This document shows, piece by piece, positions 1 to 11,696 of a stretch of 64,000 nt of DNA. The stretch's first letter is position 1; the number at the start of each line of letters is the position of its first letter. Source of the stretch: Chara braunii (taxonomy: Eukaryota; Plantae; Charophyceae); the NCBI GenBank assembly GCA_003427395.1, contig BFEA01000005.1, positions 1,562,839-1,626,838 of the forward strand, in the 5' to 3' direction. The notes below the pieces were generated by a model. That model saw nothing but the letters and a program-made list of their open reading frames with translations, made no database searches and was not told where the DNA came from. The position numbers were made by a program, and so were the translations under genes.

Positions 1-314
1 CCCCTGCTCCTAGACATCCCCGGCCCCACACCCCGCTCGGCCCCGCCCCCGGCCCCGTGCCCAGGGCCACCCTGGGCTCACCAGGGGACGGTGTAGCCCC
101 AGGGGGGGGTCCAAGGTGGGGCCAAAACTCCATTTTCGCAGTTAGTCCCAGGGGGTGCAGGCTTCCGCTGCGCACCCCCTAGTTTTTTGTATTTTTCATT
201 TTTTTTTTTGATTTTTTTTTTTTTTTAGGGGGGTCCGGAGCCGGGGCTGGTGGTGACCACCTCCCGACCCCCACATCCCCGCCGGGCCCTTGGGGCCGAA
301 GCTCGACAACCCTG
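1..314. mobile_element. Right part of a GC-rich non-autonomous hAT-like element (copy 1 of a tandem duplication)
   Basis: Ends in GACAACCCTG (rc CAGGGTTGTC, hAT-type terminus); near-identical to 2365-2680. Confidence 0.5.
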
Positions 315-1195
315 CTAATGATGGAGGGAGGGGGAGGACAATGATGAAGGAAGGAGGAGATCGATGATGAGGGAGGAGGAGATCAATAGCAAGGGAGGAG
401 GGGGAAGGGAGAAGGGCGGACGGAGGACGACACCGATGATGGAGGGAAGGGGGAGACAACGACGGAGGGAGGAGCAGATCGATGCCGAGGGAGGGAATGA
501 AGGAAGGAGGATGAGATCGATAGCGAGGGAGGCGGGGGAAGGGAGAAGGGCGGAGGGAGGACGACATTGATGATGGAGGGAAGGGGAGGACAACGACGGA
601 GGGAGGAGGAGATCGATGACGAGGGAAGGAATGGAGGAGGGAGGAGGAGATCGATAGCGAGGGAGGAGGGGAAGGGAAGAGGGGGAAGGGAGAAGGGCGG
701 AGGGAGGAAGGCACTGATGATGGAGGGAAGGGGAGGACAACGACGGAGGGAGGAGGAGATCGATGACGAGGGAGGAGGAGATCGATAGTGAGGGAGGAGG
801 GGGAAGGGAGAAGGGCGGACGGAGGACGACACCGATGATGGAGGGAAGGGGAGGACAACGACTCGAGGAGGAGGAGATCGATGACGGGGGAGGGAATGGA
901 GGACGGAGGAGGAGATCGATGGCAAGGGAGGAGGGGGAAGGGAGAAGGGTAGAGGGAGGGTGACACCAATGATGGAGGGAAGGGGAGGACAAGGACGGAG
1001 GGAGGAGGACATCGATGACGAGGGAGGAGGAAATCGATAGCGAGGGAGGAGAGTGAAGGAAGAAGGGCAGAGGGAGGATGACACCGATGATGGAGGGAAG
1101 GGGAGGACGAGGACGAAGGGAGGAGGAGATCGATGACGAGGGAGGAGGAGATCAATAGTAAGGGAGAAGGGCGGAGGGAGGACGACACGGATGAT
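315..1195. repeat. Purine-rich degenerate minisatellite (GAGGGAGGAGGAGATCGATGAC-type units)
   Basis: Recurring GAGGGAGGAGGAGATCGAT and GATGATGGAGGGAAGGGGAGGACAACGAC units; the S/P/L-rich ORFs are artefacts of the repeat. Confidence 0.9.
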
Positions 1196-2680
1196 CGGTG
1201 TTGTCATGAGGGGATCCTCATGGCCCGAGCCAGGGTGGGGGTTTTACCCTCGGACCCTCGTACCCCGGCATCCACGCCCGATCACCACCCCAACCCTGTG
1301 AACCTCGCCCACGGTCCTGCAACCCCACGCCCATCCCCNNNNNNNNNNNNNNNNNNNNNNNNNNNNNNNNNNNNNNNNNNNNNNNNNNNNNNNNNNNNNN
1401 NNNNNNNNNNNNNNNNNNNNNNNNNNNNNNNNNNNNNNNNNNNNNNNNNNNNNNNNNNNNNNNNNNNNNNNNNNNNNNNNNNNNNNNNNNNNNNNNNNNN
1501 NNNNNNNNNNNNNNNNNNNNNNNNNNNNNNNNNNNNNNNNNNNNNNNNNNNNNNNNNNNNNNNNNNNNNNNNNNNNNNNNNNNNNNNNNNNNNNNNNNNN
1601 NNNNNNNNNNNNNNNNNNNNNNNNNNNNNNNNNNNNNNNNNNNNNNNNNNNNNNNNNNNNNNNNNNNNNNNNNNNNNNNNNNNNNNNNNNNNNNNNNNNN
1701 NNNNNNNNNNNNNNNNNNNNNNNNNNNNNNNNNNNNNNNNNNNNNNNNNNNNNNNNNNNNNNNNNNNNNNNNNNNNNNNNNNNNNNNNNNNNNNNNNNNN
1801 NNNNNNNNNNNNNNNNNNNNNNNNNNNNNNNNNNNNNNNNNNNNNNNNNNNNNNNNNNNNNNNNNNNNNNNNNNNNNNNNNNNNNNNNNNNNNNNNNNNN
1901 NNNNNNNNNNNNNNNNNNNNNNNNNNNNNNNNNNNNNNNNNNNNNNNNNNNNNNNNNNNNNNNNNNNNNNNNNNNNNNNNNNNNNNNNNNNNNNNNNNNN
2001 NNNNNNNNNNNNNNNNNNNNNNNNNNNNNNNNNNNNNNNNNNNNNNNNNNNNNNNNNNNNNNNNNNNNNNNNNNNNNNNNNNNNNNNNNNNNNNNNNNNN
2101 NNNNNNNNNNNNNNNNNNNNNNNNNNNNNNNNNNNNNNNNNNNNNNNNNNNNNNNNNNNNNNNNNNNNNNNNNNNNNNNNNNNNNNNNNNNNNNNNNNNN
2201 NNNNNNNNNNNNNNNNNNNNNNNNNNNNNNNNNNNNNNNNNNNNNNNNNNNNNNNNNNNNNNNNNNNNNNNNNNNNNNNNNNNNNNNNNNNNNNNGCTGC
2301 AACATAACCCGCGCAAATGCCACGTGCGGCGCCCTGCACCCCCCCCCCGGGCCTTGCACCCCCGTCCTCGCTCCCAGCCATCCCCGACCCCACTTCCCGC
2401 TCGGCCCCGCACCCGGCCCCGCGCCCAGGGCCACCCCGGGCTCACCAGGGAAAGGTGTAGCCCCGGGGGGGCCCCAAGGTGGGGCCAAAACTGCATTTTC
2501 GCAGTTAGTCCAAGGGGGTGCAGACTTCCTCTACGCCCCCTCAAGTTTTTGTTTTTTTTTTATTTTTTTTTTATTTTTTTTATTTTTTTTTTAGGGGGGT
2601 CTGGAGCCTGGGCCGGGGGTGACCACCGCCCGACCCCCACATCCCCACCGGGGCCTTGGGGCCGAAGCTCGACAACCCTG
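1196..2680. mobile_element. Non-autonomous hAT-like element spanning an N gap, inserted in the GA minisatellite
   Basis: Left CGGTGTTGTC (1196), right GACAACCCTG (2680); flanks CGGATGAT / CTAATGAT resemble a decayed 8-bp TSD. Confidence 0.45.
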
Positions 2681-3765
2681 CTAATGATGGAGGGAGGGGG
2701 AGGACAATGATGAAGGAAGGAGGAGATCGATGACGAGGGAGGAGGAGATCAATAGCGAGGGAGGAGGGGGAAGGGAGAAGGGCGGACGGAGGACTACACC
2801 GATGATGGAGGGAAGGGGAGGACAACGACAGAGGGAGGAGGAAATCGATGCCGAGGGAGGGAATGGAGGAGGGAGGAGGAGATCGATAGCGAGGGAGGCG
2901 GGGGAAGGGAGAAGGGCGGAGGGAGGACACCAATGATGGAGGGAAANNNNNNNNNNNNNNNNNNNNNNNNNNNNNNNNNNNNNNNNNNNNNGATGGAGGG
3001 AAAGGGAGGACAACGACGGAGGGAGGAAGCGATCGATGACGAGGGAGGGAATGGAGGAGGGAGGAGGAGATCGATAGCGAGGGAGGAGGGGGAAGGGAGG
3101 AGAGGGAAGGGAGAAGGGCGGAGGGAGGATGACATCGATGATGGAGGGAAGGGGAGGACAACGAGGGCGGGACGAGGAGATCGATGACGAGGGAGGAGGA
3201 AATTGATGTCGAGAGAGGAAGGGGAAGGGAGAAGGGCGGAGGGAGGACGACACACTTGTGATGGAGGGAAGGGTTGGACAACGACGGAGGGAGGAGCAGA
3301 TCGATGGCCAGGGAGATCGATGACAAGGGAGATCAATGGCGAGGGAGGAGGAGATCGATAGCGAGGGAGGAGGGGGAAGGGAGAAGGGCGGAGGGAGGAT
3401 GACACTGGTGATGGAGGGAAGGGGAGGACAATGACGGAGGGAGGAGGAGAGCGATGACGAGCGACGAGGAAATCAATAGCGAGGATGGAGGGGGAAGGGA
3501 GAAGTGAGGAGGGAGGACGACGCTAATGATGAAGGAGGGAGGGGGAGGACAACGACGGAGGGAGGAGGGAGGGGGAGCAGTGGAGTATGAAAAAAAAAAA
3601 AAAGGAGGACAACATGATGGAGGGAGGGGGACGGCAGCAACAGAGGGAGAAGAAGAAGAAGAAGAAGGGGGGCGGAAGAAGAAAAAGAAGAAGAAGATGG
3701 CGAAGGAGAAAAAGAAGAAGAGGAGAAGAGGAAGAAGGAGAAGAAGGAGAAGAAGAAGAAGAAGC
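2681..3765. repeat. Second block of the GA minisatellite ending in a (GAA)n-like tract
   Basis: Same units as 315-1195, with near-identical sequence following the hAT-like end. Confidence 0.9.
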
Positions 3766-3769
3766 TTCT

Positions 3770-5732
3770 CATTCACCTCCTCTAGTATCTGGAGATGGAG
3801 ATGCCAATCTTGGTGAAGCTACCTCTCTCTGTGCACACTTATTGCCCAACTATGGCGTCCTTCTTCTTCAAGCCTCCTTCCTTCTTCCTTCCTCAGTCTC
3901 TCCCTAGCTATGGCAAGTCTCTACCACTAAGGCTATGGAGTCCTTCCCTCTAGGAGGGCTAAGGAGACCCCTACTAGACTTCCTCTCTCCTTCCTAGCTT
4001 GGGGGGCTATGGCGGATCACTTCTCTAGGCTGGCACAACCTCCACTAGCCTCAATAGCCTCTCCTACTAGCCTACAGCCTCCTCCAAGCTTCCAAGCCGG
4101 CACCGGTTCCCCTCCTCTCACTCCGGTTGAGTGTAGAGCTCTCTTGGGCTCATGCAGGCATCATGTACTTGTCTCATGCAAATGTGAGTGTGGCGGGCTG
4201 CTCCCCCAGCTTACATAGGTTGGGCACAGCACTCCGGCCAGCCCATGGGCCTCTCCATGTGGCCCATGGTGAACCGAGGTACGCCCAAGACCTTTTTTTG
4301 GCCTCTCCGGGAGCACCCGGACCTTTTTTTGGCCAGGTACATGCAGTCCGAGTGGTCGGTACCAACTCGGACAGCCTCTAGAGCCTCCTCATGGCTCATT
4401 TTCCCTTTTAGATGCTGCCCCCGAGGTCCGAATATTCAAGGGGCAGCCTTACTTGAAAGAAAAAGGCCTTACGGACTTTTTTATCGATTTTCTATAATCC
4501 TACCCCAATTTGGGTAGGCCGAGGCATTTTCTTTTGCCTAGGTGCATTCTTAGCCTTGGATCTGGCTGAGATCCAAGACCAACATTAATCCGAGATATCA
4601 CCAAGTGATCCTTGCTTCAGATCTAAGCCCCAAATGTTTTTCTCCCTCTTTTGTTTCTTTCCATTTGGGCTGCCAACTCATTCCGGAGTTGGCGGTTTGA
4701 GCTGGCCCCACAAAAAACGGCCATATCCCCTCCTCCATGGATCTGAATCTCAGATCCATGGCCCAAGAGAAAACCAGCCTATTTCTTTTTGCTTTTTCTC
4801 TCATTTTGGCTTTTTTAATTCAGATATTGTCGAGATAATGCCCAAGGGCCTTATCTCTTCACTCCGGATTTCCCTCCACTAAACCCGGAGTGATGAGGTC
4901 GAGGTCACAGTAGGGACCTGACAGTCCCTATTGTGCCAGTCCCTATTGTGTCAGTCCCAATAGGCCAGCACCTCCTCAAACACTCTTTTCTCCCCCTTTG
5001 TCTCATTCTCCCTTTTTTTTCTCCCCTTTCTCTTTTCTTTTCTTTTATTTCTGCTGTGAGAAGTGTCAAGCAGTTGTGGACTATTTTTCTAGGTCATGGA
5101 TCTTGATCTAGATCCAACAGCTAACCGTTATTTCGCAGATCACAATAATGAAGCCCTTACACTCATGGGAGCTCCATTTTGACTTCGTTAGTCTCAATTT
5201 TTTACCCCGTTTGCCCCGATTTTTCCTTGACGGTCTATTTTTTGCGTACAACTCATTGGGGTTCTATTTTCTCATGCATTGTTAGTTCGAGATATCTCGG
5301 ACTGCAGGGTAGGCCTCCCACCATCATTTCCTCTCTCTTTTTGCCTCCACACTCTTCCTATCTTGGCCCCACTCAATCCCTGCACTAGTGGTTGCTAATA
5401 TTTTCCTTCGTCAAAATCTTTGATCTTGAGGGTGTCACTTGCTTCACGTGTTCATCCTTCATGCGGAGTCCACAGTTTCCCTTGGGACACTCAAGTCCCC
5501 ACCACTCATCCCACACTAGTTTCACTTTGTAGCCTCACCGACAGTCCCGCCAGCACATGTCTCAATTTTCAATTATTTTTATTTGGGTCCATCTAGTCCA
5601 CGACACCATTCCCGATGGTGTTCCATTTTTATTTGGGATTTCTTATTCCGCGACAACCCAATCTCTCCTCCTCATGTGTCTCAAGTGCGTCGATTATTCC
5701 CGGGCACGAGATCCTCGTCTCATAGTTGTCGT
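3770..5732 (-). mobile_element. Repeat family A (probable LTR), copy 1
   Basis: Collinear with 47691-49300 (e.g. GTACATGCAGTCCGAGTGGT, AGATCCAAGACCAACATT) and 16550-16802; the 16550-16802 copy ends GTGTCACA (rc TGTGACAC, LTR-like start). Confidence 0.6.
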
Positions 5733-6123
5733 TGTCGGTGCGAATACCCTTACAAAGGTATCCGCCGTGGTTTTTGCAAATGACAAGAATTAAGCGGTTT
5801 AAGATCTAAGTATATCGCGTGGGTCGCAGCGGTGTCTGTTTGCTTACGCTGGCTGAAGGGTTGACTAGTTTAGAGAGTGTGTGGGCGCAAAAACTTAATT
5901 TAAAAAAAAAAAAAAAAAAAGACGCGCATGATCCTTCTTTCTGTTGATGATTGTAGAGCCGGCGTGGTTATCAACCAAATTATTAGTTCTGATTAAACTA
6001 CGATTAAAAGGTTGTCTGATGATTGAAATGCTTGGGCGCAAGATGTGCGTATGTACGGAGGACGACATTGACAACAGTATGACTTGAAATGTCTTAGAAG
6101 GTCCGTGCGTCACGCAGTACCCG

Positions 6124-6133
6124 CTTATATAGG
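6124..6133 (+). promoter_or_regulatory. TATA-like box in B1, conserved in B2 at ~13540
   Basis: CCGCTTATATAGG in B1 and CCGCTTATATAAG in B2 at the equivalent position ~400 bp from the terminus. Confidence 0.5.
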
Positions 6134-6468
6134 TGTCCGCTAGTATTAGGCTCAACATTGGGCCTAGTGCTATTGGTTACAATGTCGGACTTTCATCCAG
6201 GGGATTAAGGGATTGAGACTAGCGAGCGGCAGCGTAGGAGTATTAATGCAGTTTGAAGAAACTGAGGGGTTGAGGGTCCCGCGAGACTATTCCCCTTGGT
6301 TTTACCATCGGTGCCGACAACAGTCCGGTTGGGGAACAAAGGGGGTGTCACGGTCCCCTCCCCTTCTTTCCCTTGCGGTTCCGATAGCTCGTCATAACCA
6401 TTTTTATAGTTATTATTTTTCGATGATCGCGAAGGAGTCAGCGGGCCTGGCTCGGTTGATACGCCTAT

Positions 6469-6654
6469 GGAACACGGGAGGAGTGGACCGCGGAGTCAAC
6501 GTGTGCCCAGAGAAACTGGGTGGCGTGGGCCATCCGTGTGTGCCCGATCACCAACCGCGAGTATGCTGAGAGAGGTTTGTGAGTGACCCCCGCCGAGACC
6601 CGAGAGATGGCGAGGTGTGCCTGGGCGGAGTGGCCCAGGGCACAATGGCGAAGG
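6469..6654 (+). rRNA. Degenerate LSU (25S) rRNA fragment, domain II 5' part; non-functional, TE-borne
   Basis: GAGACCCGAGAGATGGCGAGGTGTGCCTGGGCGGAG vs consensus GGGACCCGAAAGATGGTGAACTATGCCTGAGCGGGG. Confidence 0.65.
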
Positions 6655-6682
6655 TCGAGGCCACATGTCGCGGGTCACGTCT

Positions 6683-6920
6683 CTCCCCATTTCGGTTTCC
6701 GAAGCTCCCAATTGAAGGTTGCCACTACCACCAAGATCTGCATCGGGACACGTTTTGCCTAGGTTCATCCTGCTGATGATACAGCAGGCCTAGCGTCCTC
6801 CCACTCGCCGTAGCGTCGGGTCCGCAACGGGGTCGAGCACGAGGCGGGGCTATTCTGATTTGGCAGGGGAAGTTATCACCCACGCCTTAGCAGACGTTGG
6901 CTTGAAGGACTAGCGCCCGT
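6683..6920 (-). rRNA. Degenerate LSU rRNA fragment (GTPase-associated centre to LR7 site), antisense to element B1
   Basis: ACTACCACCAAGATCTGCA (6724-6742) matches the LR7 primer region; CGGGGCTATTCTGATTTGGCAGG..CACGCCTTAGCAGA matches rc of the GAC. Confidence 0.85.
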
Positions 6921-7075
6921 AGGAATGAGTATAGAGGCAGGAGGTTACTCGAATCAGTTTAAGTTGCTGCTTTCTTGCTTTGGAAGTTTCCGTCAAGATT
7001 GTGGGAGCCGTTAGTCGGGCCGCTCAACCATTATGATGGACGAAACGATACCGAATGTTGCGCTAACTTCAAGGA

Positions 7076-7200
7076 GAAACCAGGGGCGTTGTGGGGAAGT
7101 TTGCAGCTATACTGGTGCAGCATGTCTGTCGGACCGCGGGTACAGGGGCGGAGGACTAATTGAGCCGCCTAGTAGCTGGCTCCTCAGAAGCTCCCACAGG
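7076..7200 (+). rRNA. Degenerate LSU rRNA fragment ending at the LR5 site
   Basis: GGGTACAGGGGCGGAGGACTAATTGAGCCGCCTAGTAGCTGGCTCC vs GGGTATAGGGGCGAAAGACTAATCGAACCGTCTAGTAGCTGGTTCC. Confidence 0.85.
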
Positions 7201-9834
7201 TTTTGAAGTCGTCGGGTGGGGAGACCAGGAGGAGCGAGCGGACAAGGCGAAGGATGGACGTTGTGAGAGGCGAATGAACCCGTTCACGATATTGCACCGA
7301 GTGCATTTGACAGTGAAGATGGCGGGGAGGTGAGCAGGGCGATCGCGAAGCAAGAGTTCGCAGTTTCACTCGTTTGTCAGTAGAAGTGGGCGGGGGAGAA
7401 TTCCAGACTAAGGTTTCGGGGGCTGGCGAGTCCAGTAGTGATATCAGTTTAGAGGGTAGAGTAGCGTGGAGGGGCCAAGGAGGAGATCGAACTGCGTGAA
7501 GTAGTCGGAGATGGCAGTGAGGAGAAAAGCGTAGATAAGAAGTTGAACGGATCGGTAATTTCTAGATCGATTTTAATCATTCAAAAGGCTTTTTGGAGGG
7601 GTTGATGGCCAACGAGTCGAATGCCGCGGTCAGAATCTGCGATGGCATGGTGAGTTGGTTAGTACGTGAGAACGAAGCCGGGAAAATGTGTCGGGGTGTG
7701 CAGATATGATGGGATTGTAAAAAGGGGATATCAGTTGTCGGTGGATGAAATCAGAGGAAGGGAAAGTGTAGCTGGGGGTTTTCCTATAGGGAGATTCAAA
7801 CGGTAGTGTTAGATTTGGGAGATAAAGGATGAGTCCGAAGATGGATTAGTAAGTAGTTGCGCCTAGGACAAAGTGAGAATGTATCTTTCTGCTTTTTAGC
7901 AGAAGATTCAGTCTCGTTTTGCAAATTCAGTAAGAAACGGAGGAAGCGTGATAGTCTTGCGCTCTGCTCGTTGTTACCTCCATAGGGGATGTGTGCGGCG
8001 CTAGTCGGAGTTGGTGCATCGTTCGTTTTTGTTCACGGTTCGCTCCGGAGCTACTTTGCACCCAATATCTGATGTCCTGCAGCTATGGCAATCATATCCC
8101 CGCATCGGCATTTCCCATCGCTTTGCCATCTGAGGCTGGTCCTTTAAGACTGGGCTCTCCAATCCTGCTCGCTAGGACCTCTGTTGCAATCATAATGTTA
8201 GTAGTTGGGATAGAGTAGGGGAAAAAACACGATTACAGACGAAACGGGGGGGATGAAGGAGTTACTGAGTAGGAGCAGCGTCTGGATGCTCGCTCTGCTC
8301 ATCGATAGTTCAGTTGTTGGCTGCCTCTTTATTTATACCTCTTCGAAGGTACCCGGGCCTGCCTCAAAACGTGTGGGCCTGGGCCAAAACGTGTGGCCCA
8401 GGGAAGCTTCCAGACGTTTGGCCTTCTGGGCCAAAACATGTGGAACCCACAGCGTGGTCCATAACATTCCCCACGTGCAGCCCCTACCCCTTGTACTTGC
8501 TGACTGGACTGGCCTATAGGGACCTACGACCTTCTAGAACCTACAGACTTACAGACAGACTCTAGGCCTCAATAGACTCAGATAGAGGCTTCTAGAATAA
8601 ACCTTCCTAAGCCTAACGGTAACAAACGTAACTCCTAATCTACAGACCTGGGGATCGAGTCTCACACAAATCGTTGGGCCTTTGTACAGGGTACAGGGTA
8701 GGTCTAGGGATCAAATCTCACTCAGCACACATGGTCAATGTACAGGGTTTGGGCACAGGTCTAGGAATCGAATCTCTGTGTCTGCAAATGTCGGGTCTAC
8801 TGGGTGAAACCGTTTCAGGAGGATTCAAGTGAGATGTAATATAAGGGTTTATTCTCCATACACTTACAATTTAGTTTTTTGAATTGACCTTTGATGTGTT
8901 ACAGATCCTTTTTGGACATTTCAATTCAAGATCTGATTAGTTTCAGTCTGATCCTACAAGGATCATCTTCTGTTACCTTTTGATAACAGGTGAGTTGCCA
9001 AGTCTCGCTACTCAACCTAAAGGTCTAAGCTCCTGTGGGTTGAGTTGTTTCTTTGGGGTTTTACCCGGACTTTCGTTAAATAACCATTTAAAAAGTACTG
9101 AGTATATTATTCGGAAGGTTGGACAAAGGTTGAGGCTTTTGTGGATAAGGCAAGGGGTATGAGTGCAAAGAGTGGTTGGAGTTGACCCCGTGTAGTGTGT
9201 GGTTTGCCGATGTTGGATCCTTGATGTGGTTGCAGGTATGTTTGTGAGTGGGAGTTCAAATTTGCCTTTGCTTGCAATTATAAGTATACTTTGAAGGGAG
9301 TCACGCTATAATTGTGAGGGTGATTGTCTCGTTGTATGTTGCGTTCGCGCGGTCTACCAAAGGTCGCGCGCAACAATCGAATAGATCGGTACCGAGAGAA
9401 AAACCCTGTGCTTCTTAGAATTTGTTTAGTTGGACGTTAAGGTCCGTGACGACTATCAAAGTCAAACCTCTTGACCTGTTTTCAGACCCTGGATGATGGA
9501 ACCTCACTTTAAGTGTTAGGGTCATTCAACCGCCACAAAAGGCCAAGGCCCGCCTACCTGCGCAGGGTGCAAAAAAGGGTAGGACTCGCAATCGCCGTAG
9601 CGATTGTCTAGCGTCGAGAGATTAACCCCTCAAGGGCCTCAAGTCAATACTGGAAGGGTGATGGTCCTGAGTGCTGGTCACACTGAAGTAGGATAGTTGG
9701 GGCAAGGGGTGCGCTGGGAGTATTAACGTGGGGATGGGTAGGGTAGGTGGCCTATCCTGTCAGGACAACCATTGGTTGCTGTTACCAGCAATCACCGCGG
9801 GTCTGGTCCTTGGCCTCTACAACACCTTGGGCTT

Positions 9835-9867
9835 AAAAAAAAAAAAAAAAAAAAAAAATAATAATAA

Positions 9868-9906
<39 letters not shown>

Positions 9907-9913
9907 AATAAAA
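9835..9913. repeat. poly(A) + (AAAT)n microsatellite at a gap edge
   Basis: Seen directly. Confidence 0.95.
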
Positions 9914-10377
9914 TTGTNNNNNNNNNNNNNNNNNNNNNNNNNNNNNNNNNNNNNNNNNNNNNNNNNNNNNNNNNNNNNNNNNNNNNNNNNNNNNNNNNNN
10001 NNNNNNNNNNNNNNNNNNNNNNNNNNNNNNNNNNNNNNNNNNNNNNNNNNNNNNNNNNNNNNNNNNNNNNNNNNNNNNNNNNNNNNNNNNNNNNNNNNNN
10101 NNNNNNNNNNNNNNNNNNNNNNNNNNNNNNNNNNNNNNNNNNNNNNNNNNNNNNNNNNNNNNNNNNNNNNNNNNNNNNNNNNNNNNNNNNNNNNNNNNNN
10201 NNNNNNNNNNNNNNNNNNNNNNNNNNNNNNNNNNNNNNNNNNNNNNNNNNNNNNNNNNNNNNNNNNNNNNNNNNNNNNNNNNNNNNNNNNNNNNNNNNNN
10301 NNNNNNNNNNNNNNNNNNNNNNNNNNNNNNNNNNNNNNNNNNNNNNNNNNNNNNNNNNNNNNNNNNNNNNNNNNNNN

Positions 10378-10888
10378 ATGAAAATAAGAAAAAATGAAAC
10401 GAGAATGAAATTATTGCGTGGGCGAGCAAGTTTTTGACACCGCCATCTTTGGCGATTTTTCATTTTTTTTTGTCTTTGTCAAATGCCATAAACTTTTATG
10501 CGTATGTATCTTACATAATACAGAACCTACAAATAAAGATTGAAAAAATAATATTTTTTTTCAGGCCCCGAAATAAAGGGAAAACAAAAAGTGAAAAGAG
10601 AAAAAAAACAAATTAGTAAGTGGGAAAGCAAGTTTTGACACCACCATCTTTGCCGATTTTTCATTATTGTTTGGCTCCACAGAATGACTTCAAAATTGTG
10701 AGAAAGGTAGCTTACATAACAGAGAACTCACAAAAACAAAATCAGAAAAAAATAATAATTTTTAGGTACCAAAATATTTTTTTGCGGGGTTCGAACCCCT
10801 TCGAGTTCGGGCCCCGTACGGGGACCCGAACGCCCAAACGTTTGGGGGTCAGCTTAGGGGCCTCCGTACGTTCGGCCTGGCAACCCTG
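10378..10888. mobile_element. Right part of a non-autonomous hAT-type element (same family as 34539-35354)
   Basis: Two internal TTTTGACAC(C/Y)GCCATCTTTG repeats and terminus CAACCCTG (rc CAGGGTTG); collinear with 34880-35354. Confidence 0.75.
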
Positions 10889-11339
10889 TCGCCATATGTT
10901 TTGTCTTTTGTGCATGTGGTGAGTAGAGGCCCTCAGGGCCACTGCAAATGTGCATAATTATAATGAATCTTCTGCTAGAACATGGAATAATACGCCGCCA
11001 TATGTTTTGTCTTTTGTGCATGTGGTGAGTAGAGGCCCTTAGGGCCACTGCACGCATTCCTAAGAAAAAAAAACGAGAAAATAAAAGAAAAATGAAAAAA
11101 CAAAAGAAAAACGAGAAAACAAAAGAAAAACGAGAAATAAAAGAAAAACAAGAAAACAAAGAATTAGTGACCCATAACTGTGATGTACAAAGTACCACAG
11201 ACCTGAATTTGAATCCGGACTATATATTCTCGGCCCACACAGACAGATTAGAAGTCTAATGTCCATCTCTGCTCCACGTGGGGTCCTTACTAATACGTAG
11301 GGGCCCTCCACAAATGAGACTGGACGAATAGATTGGAGC

Positions 11340-11370
<31 letters not shown>

Positions 11371-11684
11371 GGACGTGCACCCACGTGCACACACATATGG
11401 TTACAGTGTTGGGGGATGGGGTGGCCTCAACTTTTTCCTTCTTGCAGTTTGATTTTCCGAAGGGAGGGGCATGTTTGGCCAACCCACCCACGTGTCCGAG
11501 GCCCAACGTGCCCATCCCGTTTTTTCGGATTCAACGGGAGACCCCCATTTTTTCGTTAAACAAGATTGAACGAGGCCCCTAGGGCGATTCAACGGGGTAC
11601 AACGGAATTTAACGGCCCCCGTTGACCGTTGTTCGGACACACAGCGCACTGCTACGACGATGGCGCATGGAATATCGGGAACCA

Positions 11685-11696
11685 GCTCTGATACCA
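11685..11696 (-). promoter_or_regulatory. Primer-binding site (tRNA-iMet) of a truncated LTR retrotransposon; its 5' LTR lies from 11698 upward
   Basis: rc TGGTATCAGAGC, 1 nt after a ...GATTTCA LTR end on the minus strand; far LTR boundary not determined. Confidence 0.8.

Larger units (their letters stand above)
5733..9824 (+). mobile_element. Repeat family B copy B1: ~4.1 kb non-coding LTR-like element carrying an LSU rRNA cassette
   Basis: Starts TGTCGGTGCGAATACCCTTAC like 13093 and rc 47690; candidate end CTACAACA at 9824; 8820-9450 is homologous to rc 40820-41530; no TSD recognised. Confidence 0.75.

Noticed and set aside
196-3907. Long S/P/L- or E/G/R-rich ORFs
   Set aside because: Translations of a GA minisatellite open in several frames; some run through N gaps
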